Shown: positions 1 through 11,872 of the stretch, in pieces
How positions within the stretch are numbered: position 1 is the first letter of the stretch
Layout: each line of letters begins with the position of its first letter
Assembly: GCA_964016885.1 (NCBI GenBank)
Contig: OZ024742.1
Coordinates: 86,614,001 to 86,678,000 of the forward strand
Length of the DNA: 64,000 nucleotides
Direction: 5' to 3'
DNA from: Eledone cirrhosa
Lineage: Eukaryota
Made by a program: the position numbers and the translations under genes
Notes under the pieces: generated by a model
What the model was told of the DNA's origin: nothing
Database searches by the model: none
What the model saw: only the letters and a program-made list of their open reading frames with translations

Positions 1-1429
1 AAAACAAATATCATCATGCAATAATATTTGTGTTTTCATCAGATAAAATAGGAAGACATGATATGAAGGTTAAAAAATACTTGTGAATAGTGCAATTTTA
101 AATCAACATATGAAAAGTAGTTTTAGATTGATGTGTGATATTGGGAAAACAAATGTTTGAGGGGGGGGGGGATGAACAAGAGGAGGAGAGGAAAGTAAAA
201 AGTGGAGGGGGAGGAGTATAATGAGGAAGGATGAGATAGGAGGAGAGATGGGTGATAGAGAGAGAGATATAGCTTTTATAACTGAGAAAAATATATTGTT
301 TTACATAGAGAGGTTGAAAAACCATTGGAAGATAATGAATAAATTAAAAGAATTTGAAAATTAACGAAGAGAAAAATAATGTAAAGTTAAGGTTTGTATA
401 TTGAAGGGTTTAATAATATGTGCGATGAAAAGAAAATGTTAATATGTATTAAGAATAATATTTAAGGGTTTAATAATATGTGCGATGGAAAGAAAATGTT
501 GATATGTATTATTAAAAAAACACAAGTAATGTAAGTAAGGATATATTGTGGTACCTTTTCTCACTGTGCCTAACATTGAAACAATTATTACACAATACAA
601 TATATTCTTACTTTATATCACCTTGAAAAAATCCTTCGTAAACATTAACATTTTTTTTGACGTTAGATTATTCATCCTCAATTCATTATTTGTTCTCCCT
701 TTCATCTAACTTACTCATGCTCATCTCACAATATATCCTTACTTACATTACTTGTGTTTTTTTAATAATACATATCAACATTTTCTTTCCATCACACATA
801 TTATTAAACACTTAAATATTATTCTTAATACATATTAACATTTTCTTTTTATCGCACATATTATTAAACCCTTCAATATACAGACCTTAACTTTACATTA
901 TTTTTCTCTTCGCTAATTTTCAAATTCTTTTAATTTATACATTATCTTCCAACGGTTTTTCAACCTCTCTATGTAAAACAATATATTTTTCTCAGTTATA
1001 AAAGCTATATCTCTCTCTCTATCACCCATCTCTCCTCCTATCTCCTCTTTCCTCATTATACTCCCCCCTCCACTTTTTACTCTCATCTCCTCCTCTTTTT
1101 CATCCTTTCCAACCTCCCCCCCCCCCTCAAAAAATGTTTTCCCAATATCACACATCAACCTAAAACTACTTTTCATATGTTGATTTAAAACTGCACTATT
1201 CACAAGTGTTTTTTAACCTTCATATCATGTCTTCCTATTTTATCTGATGAAAACACAAATATTATTGCATGATGATATTTGTTTTTGAAATGCGCATAAT
1301 AAAATACATGGAACTCTTTTAACCATCTTTTGATCTTATATATTATGTATACTCCAGTCCTACAAACTGTAGAGTGCTTCTTATCCGATATCTGCATTGC
1401 TTTATCGTACTACAATAAAACTCACCTCC

Positions 1430-1432
<3 letters not shown>
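1..1432 (+). mobile_element. Penelope-like element remnant: inverted pseudo-LTR (1-550) plus forward pLTR/3' region (551-1432)
   Basis: 1-550 is the reverse complement of about 727-1287. The forward arm carries a hammerhead at 1236-1306. 1176-1432 recurs inverted at about 47132-47387. The element ends in (TA)n. Confidence 0.7.
1236..1306 (+). ncRNA. Type I hammerhead ribozyme (family A)
   Basis: TATTTTAT-CTGATGA-[AAACACAAATATTA...TGATATTTGTTTTT]-GAAA-TGCGCA-TA-ATAAAATA. Perfect 8-bp stem I, intact core, palindromic stem III (ATGCGCAT), AUA cleavage triplet. Confidence 0.88.
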
Positions 1433-1476
<44 letters not shown>

Positions 1477-1554
1477 TGATACACATATATATACATACAC
1501 ATATATATACATATATATATATATATATAGATAGATATAGATAGATAGATATAT

Positions 1555-1735
1555 TTAGTTATGTAATAAACAACATAAGATAATTATTTCATTTACCAAT
1601 TTTTTTCATTTACCAAATTATTTCAGCAACCAAAATTCCTTTCATTCATCAGAATGAAAAACTCCTGGTCTCTTTATTGACAGTGGATTTGAAAAACAAA
1701 AATATAACAGATATCAAAGTGAGGCTGGACGATAA
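1555..1735 (-). repeat. PLE pLTR-derived dispersed repeat (family B) with degenerate hammerhead at 1604-1659
   Basis: Homologous to about 24367-24570 and 29345-29546. Minus strand reads TTTCATT-CTGATGA...GAAA...GTA-AATGAAA. Confidence 0.65.
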
Positions 1736-1851
1736 AAAAGGGGTGGGGAATAATAAATAAGAATATATAACAACACACACGTACACACACACACACGTAC
1801 ACAGGCACACACACTCACATATACACACATATATACATATGTATATGTATG

Positions 1852-2022
1852 TGTCGTGCGTTCTAATATTGCAAAACTAAAGCTCCAATTCCAAGCTGTT
1901 ATTCAATATCTAGAATATAAAAACAGTAATTAGTCTTGAAGAAATATAACAATAATATTTGTAAGAAAAGAAAGATATGCAATAAAACAAAGTTATATTG
2001 AGGGTAGATGAACTTCATAATA
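1852..2022 (-). repeat. 3' LTR
   Basis: Direct repeat of 5744-5914. Preceded on the minus strand by a short purine-rich tract (CGGCGAAGAA). Confidence 0.95.
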
Positions 2023-2035
2023 TTCTTCGCCGAAT

Positions 2036-5000
2036 TTATTGTTCTTCAATATAGCGCTTGGGGGTTACGCGTATACGATTGCTTCGTCTCACGGGGTCAA
2101 CAGGAACTTGCGGTAGGATGCTAGTGCTATTTGCCACGGGATTTAAATCAATCACGGTTTCATCTAAGAGTAGATCGTTACTGTGGTCGATGTAAAGTGG
2201 TCTCGGCATATCAGCAGGACTGCTAATCGAACTGTTTTCTTGGATGGATTGATTGTCATTATTTTGACAATTAATTGGGCCAGGGGAGAGGTCTGCTGTT
2301 GAAACTTACTAGAACTTCCACTTTGATATCTGACAACCGCGAAATTAGCATTCACCATCTGTTCGATAATAACTTTATTCACTAAAGGGTTGTTCTTTGT
2401 ACGAATAAAGTTTCTAATATAGGCGTCGTTTCCAACTCTAAGCCAATCTGGTAGGGAAAATCCTAAGGAACCCTTTCGATCGAATCTAAATATGCGGTTA
2501 TGGGGTGTCTCATTAGTCGCTGTACAGAGAAGTGATCGTTGCGAGGCAAGAACTTCTGGTATGATATCTTCCCACTTAGTTTCTTTAAGATTGCGCGAGT
2601 TAATTATGCATTGAATTCCTTTCCAGTGGACTCCGCTGTAGCGCTCGTTTTGGCCATTTCCTTGTGGATGGTACGTCGAAGTGCGCGTGTGGGGTATACC
2701 ATTGGACAAGCAGAAATGATCGAATTCTTTGGAGAGAAACTGAGTTCCTCTATCGGAGTGTATGAATGAGGGAGCTCCGAATATTGAGAAGATTTGTTTG
2801 AGACAGTAAATGACAGTGTTTGAGGTGATGTCACGCATACCGAAAGCAAAAGGGAATCTGCTGAATTCGTCTACTACAGTCAATAAGTACATGTTTTCTG
2901 CTTTTGAAGATTTTGGTTTTGGTCCAACGATATCGATTGACAGACGTTCGAACGGCCTTGTTGACTTAATGAGTTTAGCAGGTGGAGGCTTGAAGAATGT
3001 TGGCTTGCACTCCAAACATGATACGCAGTTTTTGGCGACGTCGCGGATTTCGTCTACGGAAAAGGGCAGGTTATGGCGTCGGATATAATCGTAAAATCTA
3101 GTTACTCCTGGGTGTGCTAGTTGGTCGTGGAGTACTTTTAAATCACAGGGTGGCGATATAGCTGCAGCGATTCTTGAAAGACAATCGGCTTGGGTGTTGA
3201 GGTAGCCGGATTTGTAGTCAATGTCAAATTGATGCTCTGATAGTTCTAAACGCCAGCGATATATTTTATCATTTTTGATTCGTGATTTAGTACTCGAGAA
3301 AATGAAGGCTACTGATTTTTGGTCAGTCCGTATAATCGTATGAAAACACTTCACGTATTGCGACCACCTCTGTACAGCTTCAATAATAGCCATAGCTTCT
3401 CGCTCCACAGTTGATTGTCTTTTCTCGGACGGTGTAAGTGTTCTCGACAGGAAGGCCACGGGCCGTTCGTTTTCAGAAAGTATAGCTCCGATTGCATCGC
3501 CAGACGCATCTGTTTCTGTTACCAATGCGTGGCCAGTTTTAAGAGGAATGCTAAGAGCGGCATTAGAGATATCTGCTTTCATGGCTTGTATTACATCTGT
3601 AGCTACTTTATTCAGCGGGAACAAGTCACCTTGTAATAGTGGTTGGATTTTCTTCGAGTAATCGGCAATCCACCTAGCATTATAGGCTAGGAATCCAAGG
3701 AATCGTTTCAGTTGTTGTTTGTTTGTTGGGATTGGGTAGTCTAGTAGGGTTTTGATGCGTTCCTTATCGGGTTTCTTTACTCCTTTCTGAATGTTATAAC
3801 CTAGAATAGATATACTCGTTTGGCAGATTTTACACTTATCCGAGTTAAGAGTTAGGTTTTCTGTCTTCACGGCGTTTAAGAATGCTTCCACATTTCTATC
3901 ATGTTCAGCTTTGGTATTTCCCGTGACTATTACGTTGTCAATATAGGCATAAGTTTTGAGTAAGTTATATTTATCTATAACTTGATCCATAATTCTCTGA
4001 AAAACAGGTAGAGCGTTAGTCACGCCGAAGGGTTAGCGGCAGAATTGGTAGAGTTTGTGATTAGCCTGAAATGCCGTTAGAGGTTTGTCGATTTTTCTTA
4101 AAGGTACTTGGTGATACGCTGATTTGAGGTCGAATTCTGAAAAATATTTATCCTGTGCCACTTTGTTAACAACATCCTCAATGTCGGGGGATGGATAGGC
4201 ATCCAATTGTGTATACTTATTAATTGTCTGTGAGTAGTCTACCACGAGTCGAGGTTTCTTTCCGTGCACTATGAAGCACTGAGCTCGCCAAGGTGAAATT
4301 GATTCATCAATGATACCGGCTTCTAGGAGGCGAATTATTTCGGACTTAATAAAATTGTCGTCTCTCTTGTTAATGAAACGTCCCTTAGTGGCAATCGGCT
4401 TGATATTTGTCTCGGCTAAATCGTGGAAGACAAGAGGCGGATTAACTTCTATTGTCGGAAAGGTACAGCATAGTTGATTTGAAAATTTCACGGGAGGCCG
4501 GGCACCGCCAAGGTGGAGAATAATAGAGCTATGCTGGGTGAGGACATCCATTTCGATAATGACGTCTGCGACAATACTTTTTGCAGTGACTAGGTTCACA
4601 GAGTATTCCTCGCTGTAGATACATATTGGTATGGATGTAGTACCAGTCGTCATTAATATTTTATTGTCAGCTAGTGTGATTGCCCGTTTTTCTTGTTTTA
4701 CGCTCAAGTTTAATTCAGTTGCTATGCTATGACGTATAAACGAATCTGTGGAACCAGGATCGATTAAGGCCTTTAGTGTGGTTTCTTTTATAGTTATCGG
4801 GCAGAGAATAAATTTAGACTGTTTGCCGGTATTTAATGAACATATAAGTGAGGCTGCTTGCTTACTGCTTTGGTAGACTGATTGCCAGTGGCCGATCTTC
4901 CCACAAGAATAGTATATGTCTTTTCTAGCTGGGCATTTATTTCTAGGATTCCTAGAAAGTCCACAAAAAAAGCATTTAAATTGACTTTGGGAATTAGCAT

Positions 5001-5631
5001 TTTTCAAGTATTTCAGAAGAGGTTGTTTTGATTTTGTAGCTGCTACGGTAGGTTCTTGAGAGGATGTAGTTGACAGTGTTGATGAATTCAGAGAGACGTC
5101 TAGGTTGAATGATTTAGTAAAATCACTGAATAGTTCTATTGCATTTGCCATTGCTATGCAGTCTTTTAGGTTTGCTTGAGTATCGTCCAGCTCTAGGAGA
5201 CGTGCTCATATAGCGTCTGATTGGACTCCTGCTACTAGTGAATCCAGGATCAACATATCTCTGTGGTCTTTAGCTGTGATGGATTTACAGTTACATTTTT
5301 CCACTAAAAGGTTGAGTCTTTTAATAAACTATCGGATGGTTTCTTCTTGCTTTTGGCGGCATGTTAGGAGTTGATGTCTGGCATAGAGTAGACGACTTGG
5401 GGCAAAGAATTGAGTATCCAGGGTGATTAGTGCTTCGTTGAAGTTTTCTGCAGATTCGAGTAAACTAAATAGGTCGGCCCCAGCTTGTGAACGAAGGTAG
5501 GTCAATTTATGGTTGTCCTCTACTATGCCGTTTATGAGTAGGGAATCCAAAAAACACTTCCGCCACCATCGCCAGTGCTCGGATGTGGGGTCATTTGGGA
5601 ATGTTGGATGTGTAATTTTTAATTGAGCCAT
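2036..5631 (-). pseudogene. gag-pol polyprotein, interrupted by stops/frameshift
   Basis: ATG at 5631. Gag with Mag-type twin Cys/His knuckle relic (CFFCG...CPARKD..SCGKIGH), protease ALIDPGS, RT (FDLKSAYHQ, YIDN), RNase H (TDAS, EAMAI, TDQKS), integrase HHCC and D,D,E (IDIVGP, SDRGTQF, ERY). The C-terminus RRSNRIRVTPKRY ends at 2036. Stops near 5329, 5209 and 4033; frameshift near 2300. Confidence 0.93.
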
Positions 5632-5729
5632 TGGTATTGAGAATGTAGCAAGCTTTGAAGGTAGAGTAAGGGTGGAAACGAATACCACAAAACGTCTAGT
5701 CTCGGAACGAAACAGTTGTAACAAATATC

Positions 5730-5742
5730 ATATTGAATAAAA
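5730..5742 (-). promoter_or_regulatory. Atypical primer-binding site complementary to the element's own LTR
   Basis: TTTTATTCAATAT lies 1 nt downstream of the 5' LTR, with no TGG. It is the exact reverse complement of LTR 5789-5801. Confidence 0.65.
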
Positions 5743-5743
5743 T

Positions 5744-5914
5744 TGTTGTGCGTTCTAATATTGCAAAACTAAAGCTCCAATTCCATGCTTTTATTCAATA
5801 TCTAGAATATAAAAACAGTAATTAGTCTTGAAGAAATATAACAATAATATTTGTAAGAAAAGAAAGATATGCAATAAAACAAAGTTATATTGAGGGTAGA
5901 CGAACTTCATAACA
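5744..5914 (-). repeat. 5' LTR
   Basis: TGTTGTGCG...TCATAACA, followed by TSD GTATG. Confidence 0.95.
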
Positions 5915-5940
5915 GTATGTATACACACACACACACACAC

Positions 5941-6045
<105 letters not shown>

Positions 6046-6180
6046 AATGGAATAGAATGAAACGAAATTTCATTTCTCACTCTTCGTACGGTACTTACTT
6101 AAATGTAAGTATGTATGTATGTATACTTACATACATATATGTATACAGACGTACAGTAGTATGTATATATATACATACAT

Positions 6181-6240
<60 letters not shown>

Positions 6241-6366
6241 GTATCGGTTTGCCGAACATTTATTATAATGCTCGGTTTGTTCGTTTGTAAACAAACAAAC
6301 AGCCCCTATTACGCCGTACAGTGTTCAGGCAACCACGTCACTTTTTTGTTCAACATTGACACAGGA

Positions 6367-6409
6367 ACGATGTACTAGTTTCAAGCTTATTAGCCATCGT
6401 CAGCATCGT
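6367..6409 (-). ncRNA. Minimal type I hammerhead ribozyme (family C)
   Basis: ACGATG-CTGACGA-TGGCTAATAAGCTT-GAAA-CTAG-TA-CATCGT. Perfect 6-bp stem I, palindromic CTAG loop, GUA site. Confidence 0.88.
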
Positions 6410-6810
6410 ATACCTTCCTGCCAGATAGTTGAACGTCTGAAAGTATATACTTTCCTTATGCATATTAACGGCTGGGCAGCCTAATATGCATATCGAGTGA
6501 GTTTAGTCGGCCGGGCACACCGAAAACGATGAATGGAATAGAATGAATCGAAATTTCATTTCTCACTCTTAGTACGGCACTTGCTTAAATGTAAGTATTT
6601 ATGTATGTATACGTATATACATATATGTATACAGACGAACAGTAGTATGTATACATACATGCACACATATATATATATGTGCACGTATCGGTTTACTGAA
6701 CATTTATTATAATGCTCGGTTTGTTTGTTTGTAAACAAACAAACAGCCCGAATTACGCCGTACAGTGTTTAGGCAACCACGTCATCTTTTTGTTCAACAC
6801 TGACACAGGA

Positions 6811-6853
6811 ACGATGTAATAGTTTCAAGCTAATTAACTATTGTCAGTATCGT
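6811..6853 (-). ncRNA. Hammerhead family C, mutated copy
   Basis: Same frame as 6367-6409 but with core CTGACAA and loop CTAT. Confidence 0.6.
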
Positions 6854-7029
6854 ATACCTTCCTGCCAGATGGTTGAACGTCTGAAAGTATATACTTTCCT
6901 TATGCATATTAAAGGCTGAGCAGCCTAATTTGCATATCGATTGATATATATATATTTATTCATATGTGTTCATATGTATGCATACAAATGTATATATATG
7001 TATATATATTGTTTGTATATATTTTTTTT

Positions 7030-7690
7030 AAAAAAGCCTTCGTGAGCCACTTTTTTTTTTTCAAGTAAAAAGAAATTCAAACACACACACACACACAAGC
7101 ACACAAATAGACATACATATCTTTACTTTCTTTATTCAATAGAAAATCTGAATTCTGACACCCCAGCGAACTAACCATATTCACTGAACCAGAACAATTC
7201 TCCCATCCCATTTCTCTTGACCATTATCTTTTACTTATCATAAAATTCTCAAAAAAGTCTACAGAACGGATTTTCAAATAAGGGCGCGAAAATTTAATGA
7301 AAACTTGTTCACGTGATAGCCATAATTTAATTTATAACCAATCAAATTATGTTTATTTAAAAAAAGCATTCAAACACTCATATATGAAAAAAATAACCTG
7401 TGACCCCCCCCCCCCCCCCCCCCACCCCCACCCCACACACACACACACACCCACCCTTGTTTGTTTAAAGAACATTGTAACGCGAACTGGCGCGAAATGT
7501 ATAAATTACCAACCAATCAAATTACTTCTCGAAAAACCATATAAAACAAGTAACCACAGACCCTGCATCTGAACTCTACTTTTGAAAAGCAGAAGAACTG
7601 CCAAACCGGTAAAGGAACCAAATAAATATATATATATTTTTTTTAATAAGACTGCAGTTGCATTTTCGATTTCATCTTTTTTTCTTTATG
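7030..7690 (+). repeat. Rearranged solo pLTR fragment of the Neptune-type PLE at 16003-22190
   Basis: Blocks homologous to 21390-22190. Contains a family D hammerhead relic (7579-7614, GAAA changed to CAAA) and GGCGCGAAA/CCAAT motifs. Confidence 0.8.
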
Positions 7691-7716
7691 TATATATATA
7701 TATTTTTTTCCGTTTA

Positions 7717-7791
<75 letters not shown>

Positions 7792-7794
7792 ATA

Positions 7795-7981
7795 TATAAC
7801 TGAATGAAAAGGAAAAAGGAACACAGACATATATATATATTAATTTATTCTTAAATTGAGTCTCGCAAACCCTATTGTCTGTAGTTAGTATTGTTTTCAC
7901 CTCACCGATTTTGGTCCATTACGATTTGAACATATATATATATAAATGTCTGTGTTATTTTTCCTTTTTGTTCAGTTATAT
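7795..7981. repeat. Short fold-back with about 40-bp imperfect inverted ends
   Basis: TATATAACTGAATGAAAAGGAAAAAGGAACACAGACAT versus ATGTCTGTGTTATTTTTCCTTTTTGTTCAGTTATATA. Confidence 0.6.
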
Positions 7982-8139
7982 ACTGCTCGGAAACATCTTT
8001 TTTCCTATGGCCAATTTAGTGTAATGAGACTATTTTGAGTTTCAATCTCAATACATGCTTATGATATATATATATATATATATATAACTTTGAATAACTT
8101 TGAAATGTTCCGGCCAGTATTGGCCCAGGCCATGTCTAA

Positions 8140-11130
8140 CTTAATATCACCACCTGGCGAAGTCTTTCAATTCAGGATTTGGGCACCATGGCCCATACGA
8201 GAAGAGAATTACTGTTTGCGGAGATATATCCGGGTGTGGGTGGTTTGTCCGGGATTACTTGGAGGAATTTGTCCAAAGACTTCTTGAATTTGTGTGGTCA
8301 GTTTCTGTTTTGACGTGTCCTGGTGTGTTGTTGAAGAGAGCAGGGCCAATTGAGGTGAAATAATTGTGCCGTATTGTTGTTATGAGTTGTGATTTAGATT
8401 TTTGTTTGGGACGGATAGCACGGGGCCCAAGCCTTGGGTGTATTTTGAAGGTGAAGCCAACATCATTTGGGCAGTGCCGATGAAACATTTTCCACATCAT
8501 GCAGATAATATAACGCTCACGGCGACGTTGGAGTGAGTAAAGTTTCAGCTTTTCTAGTCGACCCCATTAGTCAAGGTCTGACATGCCATCTATCTTTTCC
8601 GTGATTGCCCTTTGGAGAGGCTTCAAGTTTGATGATACTTTGTTTCGTGTGGGGAGACCACAGTGGACAACAGTATTCAAGGTGTGGTCGGGCAAAAGTG
8701 GAGAAGAGAAGGATAATGGGGTGGGAATCTCTCGACTGAAAGGTTCTGAGGATCCAGGAACACATTCTGCGAGCCATGTCAACTTTGCTGCATATATGCG
8801 TGGCCCAGCTTATGTTGCTGTCCACGGTTACTCCCAAGTCTCTGATGTTGTTAGATGCCACGAGAGTATCACCGGAAGGAAGGGAGTACGGGAGTTTCAG
8901 AGCATCCTCTTTTCAAAAGTGGATCAGTTCGAATTTGTCTTCGTTCAGTAACATGTTGTTCTTTTCCGCCCATTGAGTAACAAACAGTAGGTCTGACTGA
9001 AGGCCTATCCAGTCATCCACGCCATTGATGACGTTTTGGAGCTTGCAATCATCATCGAAAATTCTAATGTTGCTGTGTTTGATGATGTCAGTGATGTCAT
9101 TAATATAGGTGATGAAGAGAAGTGGGCCCAACACAGTGCCTTGTGGGACCCCACTAATGACTTTGGCTGGGCTGGATTTGACTCCTTCGACTACAACATG
9201 TTGGGTTCTGTTTGACAGGAAGCTCTTGATCCACTGCAGCAGCTTTCCAGTGACACCAATATCGGACAGCTTTCTCAGTAGAATGTTGTGATCAACCCTG
9301 TCAAATGCCTTGCTGAAATCAAGGTAGATAACATCAGTGTTGGAACCCTCTCCCAAGGCTCTCAAAATGTCATCAAAGTGATGTAGTAGCTGCGTCAGGC
9401 AATCCCTTCGATTACGGAATCCATGCTGTTTGGAGTTCAGCATATTGTTACTCTCAAGGAAGTGAGTCATTCGCGATCTCACCACTCTCTCAAATACCTT
9501 AATGATATGAGAGGTGAGTGAGATTGGACGGTAATTAACGGCAAGGGATTTGTTTCCATTTTTGAAAACTGGGACAACAGACTGGGATAGAAGGTTTTCT
9601 GGCACATATCCAGCATCCAGTGAGTTCCGCCACAGATTGGCAAGAGGAGATGAAAGTTGGTGTTGACACATCTTCAAGACACAGGCAGGGAACCTATCGG
9701 GACCTACCGCTGAATTATGCTTGATTTCCTGTATTGCCGCTAAGACATCAGGGGCGCCAAACGTTATGTCCGATAAGGTGTAATGGAGAGTAACATCGCC
9801 GATACAGCCCAGATCGCCATATCAGGATTGCTGAAAACAGAACAGTATTGTTTCTGCAGTATCTCACCCATGGTTTTAGCATTGTCTTGAAGAGTGCCAT
9901 TTTCATCAATTAGAGGGCCAACAGTAGAGCCAGTGATTTTGTGTTTTTTTGCAAATGAAAAGAACACTTTGGGATTGAGTTTGATCTTCTCAATGGCCAA
10001 GGCCTCTTCAGTTCTTCTCTGATTGTTGATGATAGACATCATATTCTTTTGGATGTTATGTTTTTGAATCTCTAGTGATGAAATGCCAGTCAAGTCGATG
10101 TGTTGCTGCTGACAGTATTTCAGCTTGTTGATTTTTTTGTTAGTTCTCCTAATTTTCCTGATGAGCGTTTTTCTATTTCTAGGGATTCTGCTCTTAGATT
10201 TGTTTATAGTTCTTAATGGGGTGTGTTTTGCACATGTGTTTGTAACAGTGTCCACAAATGTCTGCCAGGACATTTGGATGTTAGTGGATGTGTGAGTGTG
10301 CGTGAAGGACCAGTCGACATGTGCAAGATCATGACTGATAGCTTCCCAGTTTGCATTGTGGAAATCCATAGCGTCAAACGGATGGACAGGAGAGATGACA
10401 TTGGGTTTGTATATTGGACGGTCGAATCTCAGATCTCAGAGAACCATGTCATGATCAGAGAGTAGAGTTTTCTCCACTGCAATATTGTGGATAGTGTCAG
10501 TGTGATTAAGTCTAGGACGTTTTTGTGGATAGTGTCAGTGTGATTAAGTCTAGGACGTTTTTGTGGCACCTCGTTGGTTCGAGCACCAGTTGGGACAGGA
10601 AGAAATCATCCATGAAGTCAAGAAGCGATTCCACTGCTTCCCTGTCAGAGGTTGAGGCAGAAGAACCTGGTGGCAGGCTGTTTGTGGACCAGTCAACTCC
10701 GGGGAGGTTGAAATCCCCCATCATTAAGATGTTGAGGCATTCCTTGAAGCATGGTAGAGGCGTTTGGGGTGGCCTATAGAGCCCAACTACTATTAGGTTG
10801 TTGTTTTGACTGAATACAGTGACTGCTTCGCAGTATCCATTAGTAAATATGTTCATAGCCTCTGTTGAGAAAGAATTATGGACGTAAATGGCAGTCCGAC
10901 CCTTTCTTCTGCCAGCGCGATAAGCACGGATGGCTTTGAAAGTTTTCACTTTCACCTCGGCTTCCAAGTGTAGGTTGCTGAGATGGGTTTCAGTGAGGAC
11001 GAATAAAGGGATGTGGTTTGGATGGACATCTCAACCCAGTCCTCCAGGAATTTGATCTTCTATTTTTGAGTATTGTTGGAAGGGCTGATGCCTTGGGCGT
11101 TAAGCAAAAATGTCGAGGCGAGAGTGGATG
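8140..11130 (-). pseudogene. LINE ORF2: APE endonuclease + reverse transcriptase
   Basis: LNAQG, LTETH, YRPP, MGDFNLP, LDL and SDH endonuclease motifs. RT motifs NYRPISLTS, QHGFR, YLDFSKAFD, SGVPQGTVLGPLLF, IFDDD, RDLGV, RPHLEYC. Several frameshifts. Confidence 0.93.
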
Positions 11131-11139
11131 GTTTTAATT

Positions 11140-11809
11140 ATTTTGGTGTGTTGTTAATTTGTTTGTTTGTTAATGGCAGCAATGGGAGTTTGTGCAGTGG
11201 GGTGATAGTCGATGGTGGTGCTGGGTGATAGCTCGAAAGTTTTTTTCCAGTTCTTTTGCCAGATTCATTATAGCTAAAAAAGAGGAAGAAATTTCCTGTT
11301 TAGGAGACTGTTGGTGACTGTGGTAGTGGTTATTTTTATGTAGGTTATGGTTTTTGTTTTTGCTTTTATTTTTATTTTAATTTTATTTTGTCCGACGGGT
11401 CCCCGGGAGATGGGTAAAGGGACAATCCGGTGTAAACACAATCTGTCTCGCAGGGAAAAGCGGCAAATTTGTGGATTCCTTATTTGAGTTATTGGTGGTT
11501 GTGTTGGTGTTAAATTAGAGTATGTATTATGGTGGTGGCTGTTTGTGGGGATATACCGTTTTGTCCTAGGTAAATGGGTGAATTTGCAGCCACTATCACT
11601 ACATATTCTATAGCGTAGAGAGTAGCGGCAAATGATGGGGTTTCGGGTGGGAATGTATGTGTGTGTGTGTGTTGTGAGAGGTGTAGATGATAGTTTGAGT
11701 AGGTTTTGACGACCTGTGTGGGCTGTGGGAGGGAGAGTTCTTGTATTGGTATTAGAGGGTAAATTTCTTGAGATAGCAGTAGGCAAAGATGTAGTAGTAG
11801 TAGTAGTAA

Positions 11810-11872
<63 letters not shown>

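Larger units (their letters stand above)
1852..5914 (-). mobile_element. Full-length Ty3/Gypsy (Mag-like) LTR retrotransposon, decayed
   Basis: Two 171-bp LTRs (1852-2022 and 5744-5914) differ at about 5 positions and have TG...CA ends (left end mutated to TA). 5-bp TSD GTATG at 1847-1851 and 5915-5919. Internal order is gag-PR-RT-RH-IN. Confidence 0.96.

Noticed and set aside
913-1203. ORF ending TEKNILFYIERLKN, superficially like a GIY-YIG C-terminus
   Set aside because: It is antisense to the hammerhead and made of purine-rich UTR sequence, with no catalytic motifs.
10486-10566. Local 39-bp tandem duplication in the LINE endonuclease (similar small duplications at 34900-34942 and 58137-58170)
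   Set aside because: Ordinary post-insertion slippage with no sign of function.
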